NCBI GenBank assembly: GCA_937875545.1
Contig: CALLYE010000122.1
Coordinates: 1 to 59,137 of the forward strand
DNA from: an uncultured Clostridia bacterium
Lineage (GTDB): Bacteria; Bacillota; Clostridia; Oscillospirales; CAG-272
Direction of reading: 5' to 3'
Length of the DNA: 59,137 nt
The translations under genes and the position numbers were made by a program. Below are positions 1 through 7,631 of this stretch, piece by piece; within the stretch, counting starts at the first letter, position 1; the number at the start of each line of letters is the position of its first letter. The notes beneath the pieces were generated by a model. It worked only from the letters and a program-made list of their open reading frames with translations. It made no database searches and was not told where the DNA came from.

Positions 1-240
1 GGAACGGGGATACGGGGGATACGCGTGGGGGGAGAAGCTCCCCCCACACCCCGCAGATATAGGTATAAATATTACATAATACAGAGCCGCTGATATTGGG
101 TTATTACCCGTACCGGCGGCTCTATGTTATTAAAATTTGCACAATATAATGTAGTTTAACTATAACCCATATTTGCAGGGGGTCTGGGGGACCATCTTAT
201 GGTCCCCCAGCGTATCCTCGTATCCCCGTTCCCCCCGTTA

Positions 241-2640
241 TTATCGGGCGGCAACGTATGTTTCGGTGTATTTGCGGATATTACCAGCGCCTGCGTGCAG
301 TGTAACTGTACCATCCTCAATTACCGCGAGCGTCGGCGCTTGCATGATACCCAGCGACGCCGCTTTATCCGCGTTTTCGCCGGCGTCGACGGTCAGATAA
401 GTCACGCCCGCGCGGTCAAGGAAGTGCTTTGCCTGATGACAGTTGGGGCAGGTCGCGGTGGTGAACAAATATATGCCGTCGGAAAGCGGAGCGCTCTTGA
501 GCGCCGTGTTCTCATTCTCATTTATACACTGAGCGCTTTTAACAGCGTTCGCTGCGTTGACAAGCCGGGATGTTTCGATTACATACAGCTTGCGTTCTTT
601 ATATTCTTCGCTCTTGCCGTCGTTCCAGTTCTGCACCGGACGGTAATAGCCGGTGATGCGGCTGTATACCTCGGTTTTTTCGCCGCAGGTCGGGCAGGAG
701 AAGTGCTCGCCCGTGATATAACCGTGCTCCTTGCAGATTGAATAAGTGGGCGACAGGGTATAATACGGCAGCTTATAATGCTCTGAGATTTTCCGCACCA
801 GCTCAGCCGCCGCTTTCCATGAGGGAAGCTTTTCTCCCAAAAACGCGTGGAACACTGTGCCGGAGGTGTAAAGCGTTTGCAGTTCATCCTGTATATCCAG
901 CGCTTCGAATATATCCTCGGTAAAACCGACAGGCAGATGAGAGGAGTTTGTATAATAAGGAGTCTTGCCTTTCTCAGAGGCTGTGATAATATCAGGGAAG
1001 CGTTCTATGTCATGCTTGGCGAGGCGGTAGGAAGCGGATTCCGCGGGCGACGCTTCAAGGTTGTATAGGTCGCCGTATTGCTCCTGATAGATAACCAGAC
1101 GCTCGCGCATGTGGTTCAGCACGTCTTTTGTAAACTGCTGCGAAACGGGGTCGGACATATCGCGGCGTATCCATTTCGCGTTGAGACAGGCTTCGTTCAT
1201 ACCGACCAGCCCGATTGTGGCGAAGTGATTCTCAAATGAGCCGAGATAACGCTTGGTGTAGGGGTATAAACCTTCGTTTAACAGTTTTGTGATAACGTCG
1301 CGCTTTATTTTCAGAGAACGCGCGGCGATGTCCATCAAATGGTCGAGCCGGTGATAAAAATCCGCTTCGTTTTTGGCGAGATAGCCGATGCGCGGCATGT
1401 TTATCGTAACCACGCCTACCGAACCTGTGCTCTCGCCGCTGCCGAAGAAGCCGCCCGACTTTTTGCGCAGCTCGCGCAGGTCAAGGCGCAGGCGGCAGCA
1501 CATGCTGCGGATGTCGCTGGGCTCCATGTCGCTGTTGACATAGTTTGAAAAATACGGTGTGCCGTATTTGGCGGTCATCTCGAACAGCAGACGGTTGTTC
1601 TCGGTCTCCGACCAGTCGAAATCCTTGGTTATAGAATAAGTGGGGATCGGATATTGGAATCCGCGCCCGTTTGCGTCTCCCTCGAGCATCGTTTCGATGA
1701 ACGCGCGGTTGATGAGATCCATTTCATGCTTGCAGTCCTTGTATTTGAAGGACATCTCCTTACCGCCTACGATCGCGGGCAGCTCGGCGAGGTCGTCTGG
1801 CACAGTCCAGTCGAGCGTTATGTTAGAGAAAGGGGCCTGCGTACCCCAGCGGCTGGGCGTATTCACGCCGTAGACGAACGACTGGATGCAGTTCTTAATC
1901 TCCCAATAAGAGAGGTTGTCTGCTTTTGCAAAAGGAGCGAGGTATGTGTCGAACGATGAGAACGCCTGCGCGCCCGCCCATTCGTTCTGCATGATCCCGA
2001 GGAAGTTGACCATCTGATTGCACAGCGAAACCAGATGGCGCGCGGGCGCGGACGTAATTTTGCCCGGTACGCCGCCCAGACCTTCCTGTATGAGCTGACG
2101 CAGCGACCAGCCGGCGCAGTATCCCGTCAGCATGCTCAGGTCGTGGATATGGAAATCGGCGTTATTTTGCGCGTCGGCAATCTCCTGGTCATAAATTTCC
2201 GAAAGCCAATAGTTGGCGGTGACCGAGCTGGAGTTGCTTAAAATCAATCCGCCCACCGAATAGGTGACGGTTGAGTTTTCTTTGACGCGCCAGTCGTTTT
2301 TGTAAAGATAATCGTTGATAAGCGCCTTGTAGGCAAGACTTGCCGAACTTATTTTGCGGACGTTTTCGCGCTGCTTGCGGTAGAGAATATAACGTTTTGC
2401 CACTTCGTTATAGCCCGCTTTGCTCAACACCGATTCCACGCTGTCCTGTATAGCCTCAACCCCGACGAGTCCGTCCTTGATCTTCGGCGAATAATCAGCC
2501 GTCACCTTCAGCGCTAGCAGTTCGATGATGTCGCTGTTGTACTGCGTGCCCTGCGCGTCAAACGCCTTTGAAATGGCGGCGGCGATTTTTGATATATTAA
2601 AATCAACTATTTTTCCGTCGCGTTTTACTACCTGATACAT
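241..2640 (-). CDS. nrdD: Anaerobic (class III) ribonucleoside-triphosphate reductase NrdD with a fused C-terminal glutaredoxin/NrdH-like domain
   Basis: 799-aa ORF. ATP-cone-like N-terminus (MYQVVKRDGKIVDF), SMCCRLRLD active-site loop, Zn ribbon CKEHGYITGEHFSCPTCG, glycyl-radical motif YSRITGYYRPV, then a ~34-aa linker and an 81-aa CPNC domain. Confidence 0.95.
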   Translation of the reverse strand: MYQVVKRDGKIVDFNISKIAAAISKAFDAQGTQYNSDIIELLALKVTADYSPKIKDGLVGVEAIQDSVESVLSKAGYNEVAKRYILYRKQRENVRKISSASLAYKALINDYLYKNDWRVKENSTVTYSVGGLILSNSSSVTANYWLSEIYDQEIADAQNNADFHIHDLSMLTGYCAGWSLRQLIQEGLGGVPGKITSAPARHLVSLCNQMVNFLGIMQNEWAGAQAFSSFDTYLAPFAKADNLSYWEIKNCIQSFVYGVNTPSRWGTQAPFSNITLDWTVPDDLAELPAIVGGKEMSFKYKDCKHEMDLINRAFIETMLEGDANGRGFQYPIPTYSITKDFDWSETENNRLLFEMTAKYGTPYFSNYVNSDMEPSDIRSMCCRLRLDLRELRKKSGGFFGSGESTGSVGVVTINMPRIGYLAKNEADFYHRLDHLMDIAARSLKIKRDVITKLLNEGLYPYTKRYLGSFENHFATIGLVGMNEACLNAKWIRRDMSDPVSQQFTKDVLNHMRERLVIYQEQYGDLYNLEASPAESASYRLAKHDIERFPDIITASEKGKTPYYTNSSHLPVGFTEDIFEALDIQDELQTLYTSGTVFHAFLGEKLPSWKAAAELVRKISEHYKLPYYTLSPTYSICKEHGYITGEHFSCPTCGEKTEVYSRITGYYRPVQNWNDGKSEEYKERKLYVIETSRLVNAANAVKSAQCINENENTALKSAPLSDGIYLFTTATCPNCHQAKHFLDRAGVTYLTVDAGENADKAASLGIMQAPTLAVIEDGTVTLHAGAGNIRKYTETYVAAR

Positions 2641-2685
2641 GATGATACTCCTGGTTTATTTATGTTTTATTTTATTTATATAACG

Positions 2686-3441
2686 TTAGTCAATACCGCG
2701 CAGCGCGGCGAATTTTACCCGCGGTGCGACTGACGCGAGGAATTGTTCCAGCTCAAGCCGCCCGAACGGCGCAAAATTCGCTGCGGCGCCATCCGCTGCG
2801 GCGCCATCCGCTGCGGCGCCATCCGCTGCGGCGCCATCCGCTGCTGCGCCCAAAATATCGCCCGAGTCGGCATAGTTTTGTAGAAAATATCGCTTCGCGC
2901 CCGCTATCCAGTCGCCTATGGCAGTAAAATCTTCGGGGGTGTGCAATCCCTTGACTGCGGTGGTGCGAAATTCGTAATCGACCGCGCCGCCGATCAATAA
3001 TTTAATGCTTTCATTAACAGGCGAAATGTCTATATCATGCAGCCCGACCGCGCGGGCGTAACCGGCAGGTGAGCTTTTTACATCCATCGCGACATAATCA
3101 ATCAGTTGTTGTCCGATCAATTCTTGTAATTTGTCCGGATATGCACCGTTGGTGTCGAGCTTTACCGCGTAACCCAATGCTTTTATCTCCGCAAGCAGCC
3201 CGCCGATCTCGCCGTGCATGAGCGGCTCGCCGCCTGTGACGCATACGCCGTCAAGCAGTCCGCGCCGCTTGAGCAGGAAGGCGCGAAGCGCGCCGATATC
3301 CATCGGTTCGCAGCGATTTTGCACCAGCGACGCGTTGTGGCAGAAGGGGCAGCGAAAATTACAGCCGCCTGTGAACAGTGTACAGGCGGTTTTATCCGGG
3401 TAGTCGAGCAGTGTCAGTTTGCGTATTCCATAAATATTCAT
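2686..3441 (-). CDS. nrdG: Anaerobic ribonucleotide reductase activating protein (radical SAM)
   Basis: 251-aa ORF. Start MNIYGIRKLTLLDYP and CNFRCPFCHN (CxxxCxxC) cluster motif. Lies directly upstream of nrdD on the same strand. Confidence 0.93.
   Translation of the reverse strand: MNIYGIRKLTLLDYPDKTACTLFTGGCNFRCPFCHNASLVQNRCEPMDIGALRAFLLKRRGLLDGVCVTGGEPLMHGEIGGLLAEIKALGYAVKLDTNGAYPDKLQELIGQQLIDYVAMDVKSSPAGYARAVGLHDIDISPVNESIKLLIGGAVDYEFRTTAVKGLHTPEDFTAIGDWIAGAKRYFLQNYADSGDILGAAADGAAADGAAADGAAADGAAANFAPFGRLELEQFLASVAPRVKFAALRGID
2781..2850 (-). repeat. In-frame 15-bp tandem repeat (4 perfect units plus a partial) inside nrdG, encoding (AAADG)4
   Basis: ctgcggcgccatccg repeated at 2781, 2796, 2811 and 2826, then partial ctgctgcgcc. 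The translation shows GAAADGAAADGAAADGAAADGAAANF. Confidence 0.95.
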
Positions 3442-3453
3442 TTTATTCCCAAT

Positions 3454-3507
3454 GCCCTATATATTGTGTGCGATTATTATGATATCACAAAATGTTGGCA
3501 TTTGCAA
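3454..3507 (-). promoter_or_regulatory. Putative nrdG-nrdD promoter with two NrdR boxes
   Basis: Minus strand TTGCAA (3502-3507), 17-nt spacer, TATCAT (3479-3484). Box 3454-3469 (gccctatatattgtgt) matches the NrdR consensus acaCwAtATaTwGtgt at 14/16. Box 3485-3500 matches 10/16. Box starts are 31 bp apart. Confidence 0.55.
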
Positions 3508-3614
3508 TAGATTATGAAAATAATTCAATATTAATTAATAATTAATCCGATTAGCAAGGAGCGGCAATCCCAGCTGTTTTAACCGCGGCGCGCCCTTAAA
3601 GAATATAGAAGTAT

Positions 3615-3643
3615 TTGACAACAAAACGTTCAGGTGCTATAAT
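3615..3643 (+). promoter_or_regulatory. Sigma-70-type promoter for the URO-D-family gene
   Basis: TTGACA (3615-3620), 17-nt spacer, tgcTATAAT (3638-3643). About 125-nt leader to the ATG at 3776. Confidence 0.55.
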
Positions 3644-3775
3644 CGGTGTATCATGGCGATATGAGGTTTAAGGAAGTTTGAAAACTGAAAATAATATAAA
3701 ACAAAACGCGGAGCGCGTAATACGGGAACACATGATTTTTATTGCGGTTTTGTGCGGCGAAGGGGCGCGGTCATA

Positions 3776-4795
3776 ATGAATACAAGAGAACGTTTTCATA
3801 AAACGCTTAATTTTGAGATGCCCGACCGGCTGCCCATGCTCGAATGGGCGACATGGTGGAACATGACGGTTGACAATTGGAAACGTGAGGGACTGGTTAT
3901 CCCGCCGGTCGAGGGGCTGAGCGAATGGCAGGCGCTGCAGCTTTATTGGGGGCTGGATTTGAACCTCCAGTCGTGGATAGGGTTCCGCACAGGCGCGACG
4001 CCGCATCCCTCGCATCACGGCGCGGCGATAGTGCGCGATGAGAGTGATTACGAACGTATATTGCCGACATTATATCCGCCGGCGGGCAAGGCGGTAAATG
4101 TCGGGCAGCTTATGACATATGCCGACTGGCAGCGGCGGGGTGAAGCCGTGGTTTGGCTCACGCTCGAGGGCGCGTTCTGGGGTCCGCGCACGTTATTGGG
4201 TATCGAGGGGCATCTTTACGACTTTTATGACCAGCCGGAGCTGATGCATCGCATAAACCGCGATATCTTCGCGTATAATCTGCGCGTGCTTGACGAGGTA
4301 TGTAAATATGTAACGCCGGATTTTATGACTATCGCCGAAGATATGAGCTATAACGGCGGCCCAATGATCAGCCGATCGCTGTTTGAAGAATTCATGCAGC
4401 CGTATTATGAAATGCTGATACCCGAGCTGAAACGCCGGGGCATCCGCGTGCTTGTTGACTCTGACGGCGATATCACCGAAATGGTGCCTTGGTTCATCAA
4501 CGCCGGTGTAGAGGGCATTTTGCCGCTCGAGCGTCAGGCGGGCGTAGACGTGGGCGCGCTGCGCGAGCGTTATCCCGGGTTTTTATTCATAGGTCACTAT
4601 GACAAAATGGCGATGCCGCTAGGCAGAGAAGCGATGAGAGCGGAGTTCGAGCGCTTGCTCCCCGCTATGAAGAGCGGCGGATTCATCTCCTCTGTGGACC
4701 ATCAGACGCCTCCGTCGGTGACAATGGCGCTGTACGCGGAATACATAGAATTATACCGCGAATACGCCGCGCGTGCTGTGCAGCCCTCCGTTTAA
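3776..4795 (+). CDS. Uroporphyrinogen decarboxylase (URO-D) family protein, MtaA/CmuA-like
   Basis: ORF 3752-4795. The internal ATG at 3776 follows AAGGGG. Family-typical C-terminal pattern VDSDGDITEMVPWFINAGVEGILPLERQAGVD...GGFISSVDHQTPP. Confidence 0.75.
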   Translation: MNTRERFHKTLNFEMPDRLPMLEWATWWNMTVDNWKREGLVIPPVEGLSEWQALQLYWGLDLNLQSWIGFRTGATPHPSHHGAAIVRDESDYERILPTLYPPAGKAVNVGQLMTYADWQRRGEAVVWLTLEGAFWGPRTLLGIEGHLYDFYDQPELMHRINRDIFAYNLRVLDEVCKYVTPDFMTIAEDMSYNGGPMISRSLFEEFMQPYYEMLIPELKRRGIRVLVDSDGDITEMVPWFINAGVEGILPLERQAGVDVGALRERYPGFLFIGHYDKMAMPLGREAMRAEFERLLPAMKSGGFISSVDHQTPPSVTMALYAEYIELYREYAARAVQPSV

Positions 4796-4966
4796 TATAT
4801 AAATTAGTGGGGACAACCCGTGCCCCGCTCTCTTCTTTTGGTATATACATTATAATTCTTCCCACCTTGTTTTTCAAGCCGAATTTTTGAATTTATCCGC
4901 TTTTTAACTTGGGTTTGCTATGAATTTTGTCGCGAACCATTTTGGTTTCAATATATCCGGCGTATG

Positions 4967-5071
4967 TAATACTAAAATTCGATAACTAAAGAAAAAATCC
5001 GCGTCAAAACTCAAATATTTGAGCTTTTGACGCGATTATTACCGAGTTTATAATCGAATTTAAGTGTAAAT
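4967..5071. repeat. Palindromic ~105-bp intergenic repeat, copy A
   Basis: About 90% identical to 45893-45999. Nested inverted repeats: outer aaattcgat/atcgaattt, inner aatccgcgtcaaaa/ttttgacgcgatt. Confidence 0.85.
5027..5054 (+). promoter_or_regulatory. Sigma-70-type promoter inside repeat copy A, facing the ktr operon
   Basis: TTGACG (5027-5032), 16-nt spacer, TATAAT (5049-5054). Confidence 0.5.
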
Positions 5072-5164
5072 CTTTATAAAAAAATAATACGGCGGCCATT
5101 AATGGGGACACTACACTTATACCTTTTCTGCTATTATAAATTGCGGAAAGGCGGGTGGCGGACA

Positions 5165-5599
5165 ATGATGGTTTTACTGCTTATTATGACTGTTGGCATG
5201 ATCTTATTTGGCTATCTTTTTATGTGGCGTATAGATAATTTTTTAGGAAGAGGAGGTATAATCGATAGTCCACAAGGACGTACCAATCGGGGTGTATTGC
5301 TATACGGAGCGCCGGAGGTTTCAAGGAAAATTACAGAGGCGGGTATAAAGTGTAAAACGCTTACAGACCTTGCTTTTCCGGAGGACGAATATTATTCGGC
5401 GCTGTTTGCCCTGTCGTGGGATGACGACAAAAATCTTACGATATGCCACGCCGCAAAACACGCCGATCCCGGTATTTTGGTTATTGCCCGATGTAATTTG
5501 CCGGAATTGAGCGGCGTTTATGAAGCCGCGGGTGTAAATAAATTACTTAACGCGGGTGAACCGATTGAGGAGCTATTAACGAAGTTGTGGGGTATTTAG
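5165..5599 (+). CDS. Hypothetical small membrane-anchored protein with a degenerate RCK/TrkA-N-like domain
   Basis: ORF 5102-5599. ATG 5165 follows GGGTGG. N-terminal TM helix MMVLLLIMTVGMILFGYLFMW. The remainder aligns by eye with the KtrA N-domain (VLLYGAPEVSRKI..., VIARCNLPE...YEAAGV) but lacks GxGxxG. Its stop is 1 nt before the ktrB start. Confidence 0.5.
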   Translation: MMVLLLIMTVGMILFGYLFMWRIDNFLGRGGIIDSPQGRTNRGVLLYGAPEVSRKITEAGIKCKTLTDLAFPEDEYYSALFALSWDDDKNLTICHAAKHADPGILVIARCNLPELSGVYEAAGVNKLLNAGEPIEELLTKLWGI

Positions 5600-5600
5600 T

Positions 5601-6932
5601 ATGAATGGAAAACGATTGAGCGCAATGCAGATCTTTGCACTTGGATTTGCTTTGCTTATTTTAATAGGAGGAGTGTTGTTAAGCCTGCCCATATCCAACC
5701 GTGACAATGTTGGAATCCCGCTTTTGAACGGGATATTTACCGCGGCGTCCTCCACCTGCGTCACAGGACTTGTTCTTTATGACACATGGACGCAATTCTC
5801 ATATTTTGGACAAGCGGTTATTTTACTGCTGATCCAAATTGGCGGACTTGGTTTTATGGCTGTCATTGTTCTGTTTTCGCTGGTGATCGGCAAACGCATT
5901 GGACTGCGCGAACGCACACTGATCGCGGAGTCTGTCAGTGCCGCGCAGGTGGGCGGCGTTGTCCGGCTTGTGCGAAGGGCTTTAATTGGGACAGCGATTT
6001 TTGAAGGTACGGGAGTTCTCCTATTAGCATCGCGGTTTATTCCGCAGTTCGGGATAGGCAAGGGAATATGGTTCTCCATTTTCCACTCTGTATCCGCTTT
6101 CTGCAACGCAGGCTTTGATCTGATGGGGATTCGTGATCCGTTTTCATCACTGACAACCCTTTATAATGACCCCGTGGTCATTTTGACCATTGGGGGGCTG
6201 ATCATTGTCGGGGGCATCGGTTTTATGGTATGGAACGACCTTGTGGAAAACCGTTTCAAATATGGGAAGCTGCGGCTTCATACTCGCGTGGTGCTTCCCG
6301 CTACGCTGGCGATTCTTCTCGCCGGAACGGTTGCTTTTATCTTGCTTGAAAGCAACGGTGAAATCGGTTCCATGAACATGGGAGACAGTATTCTGTCGGC
6401 ATTTTTCCAATCGGTTACGCCCAGAACCGCCGGATTCAACTCTGTGGATTTAGCCTCGCTTTCAGACGGAAGCAAATTCGTTACGATGCTGCTGATGTTT
6501 GTCGGAGCTGCTCCCGGCGGCACAGGCGGAGGTGTAAAAATAACCACACTTGTTGTAATCATGGCTGCGGTGTTTGCCCAATTGAAAGCCAGAGAGGATG
6601 TTACCCTGGGACATTCCCGCATAGACCCGGAAACGCTGCGCCGCGCCTTCTGCGGAGTGGCAATTTACCTGACCATGACGGTAGCGGGCGTTTTAACGCT
6701 CTGCGCGCAGGGTCAACCTTTTACGGATTCTGTGTTCGAGTGCCTGTCCGCCATTGGAACGGTGGGACTAACCACCGGTATTACCAGATCGCTTCCCGCG
6801 CTGTCCCGTGTGGTGATCATACTGCTTATGTATGCGGGACGCGTCGGTGGTCTGACACTTTTCACAGCGGTCGCTCAATCAAATAACGGCAGTAAAATCA
6901 GACATCCTATCGCCAGAATTATTGTTGGTTAA
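5601..6932 (+). CDS. ktrB: TrkH/KtrB-family K+ transporter membrane subunit
   Basis: 443-aa polytopic ORF with repeated pore-loop-like motifs (TCVTGL, FCNAGF, RTAGFNS, PGGTGGGVK). Confidence 0.9.
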   Translation: MNGKRLSAMQIFALGFALLILIGGVLLSLPISNRDNVGIPLLNGIFTAASSTCVTGLVLYDTWTQFSYFGQAVILLLIQIGGLGFMAVIVLFSLVIGKRIGLRERTLIAESVSAAQVGGVVRLVRRALIGTAIFEGTGVLLLASRFIPQFGIGKGIWFSIFHSVSAFCNAGFDLMGIRDPFSSLTTLYNDPVVILTIGGLIIVGGIGFMVWNDLVENRFKYGKLRLHTRVVLPATLAILLAGTVAFILLESNGEIGSMNMGDSILSAFFQSVTPRTAGFNSVDLASLSDGSKFVTMLLMFVGAAPGGTGGGVKITTLVVIMAAVFAQLKAREDVTLGHSRIDPETLRRAFCGVAIYLTMTVAGVLTLCAQGQPFTDSVFECLSAIGTVGLTTGITRSLPALSRVVIILLMYAGRVGGLTLFTAVAQSNNGSKIRHPIARIIVG

Positions 6933-6955
6933 ATCAGAAAGGAAAAAAATAAACT

Positions 6956-7609
6956 ATGAGATCAATGCTTGTAATCGGAGCGGGACATTTCGGAAAAAAT
7001 CTTGCAATAAAGCTCACAGAGCTTCATAATGAAGTTATGCTTGTTGATGTGGACGAGGAGGCTGTACAAAAACTGGAACCTTTTGTCACCCGCGTGCAAA
7101 TCGGCGACTGCATGGATAAAAATGTGCTCGTTGAATTAGGCGTATGCAATTTTGATGTGTGTTTTGTGTGTATCAGCGACAATTTTCAATCCTCAATGGA
7201 GATTACATCGCTGCTCAAGGAGCTTGGCGCAACCTATGTGGTCGCGCAGTCAGACCGCGAAATTCACGCCGATTTGCTTAAAAAAATCGGCGCCGACGAA
7301 GTGATTTTCCCCGAGCGGGACATGGCGCGGCGCACAGCGGCACGCTTTTCGGCAAAGGGAGCATTTGACTATATCGAATTATCTCCCGAATACGCCATTA
7401 TGGAAATAGAAGTGCCGGAAGAATGGAACGGGAAAAGCATACGCGATTTGAATATCCGCACCCGGTATCGTGTCAATATAATCGGCATACGCAATGATAA
7501 GCACATTTTGCCGCTGATTAACGCGGACCATGTGTTCCAGGCGCGGGAACACATGATTGTGGCGGGAGAACAGAAGGATATACTTAAAATGATAGGCAAA
7601 AAGCTGTAA
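6956..7609 (+). CDS. ktrA: TrkA/KtrA-family K+ uptake regulatory (RCK) subunit
   Basis: 217 aa. MLVIGAGHFGKNLA Rossmann GxGxxG plus a C-terminal RCK_C-like segment (KSIRDLNIRTRYRVNIIGI). Confidence 0.9.
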   Translation: MRSMLVIGAGHFGKNLAIKLTELHNEVMLVDVDEEAVQKLEPFVTRVQIGDCMDKNVLVELGVCNFDVCFVCISDNFQSSMEITSLLKELGATYVVAQSDREIHADLLKKIGADEVIFPERDMARRTAARFSAKGAFDYIELSPEYAIMEIEVPEEWNGKSIRDLNIRTRYRVNIIGIRNDKHILPLINADHVFQAREHMIVAGEQKDILKMIGKKL

Positions 7610-7631
7610 ACGTTTTTCGGGGGATGCCGCT

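Noticed and set aside
2781-2850. Whether the tandem repeats at 2781-2850, and those at 16305-16338, are a CRISPR array.
   Set aside because: The units are contiguous with no spacers. The first set is in frame inside nrdG, and no cas genes are present.
4967-5071. Whether repeat copy A is a c-di-AMP (ydaO-type) riboswitch, since it precedes a ktr operon and that riboswitch is pseudo-symmetric.
   Set aside because: The conserved ydaO elements (ACGGGG / GGGGA-type junctions) are absent. The same element precedes a glycosyltransferase gene and follows the V-ATPase operon, which fits a dispersed repeat rather than a K+-specific riboswitch.
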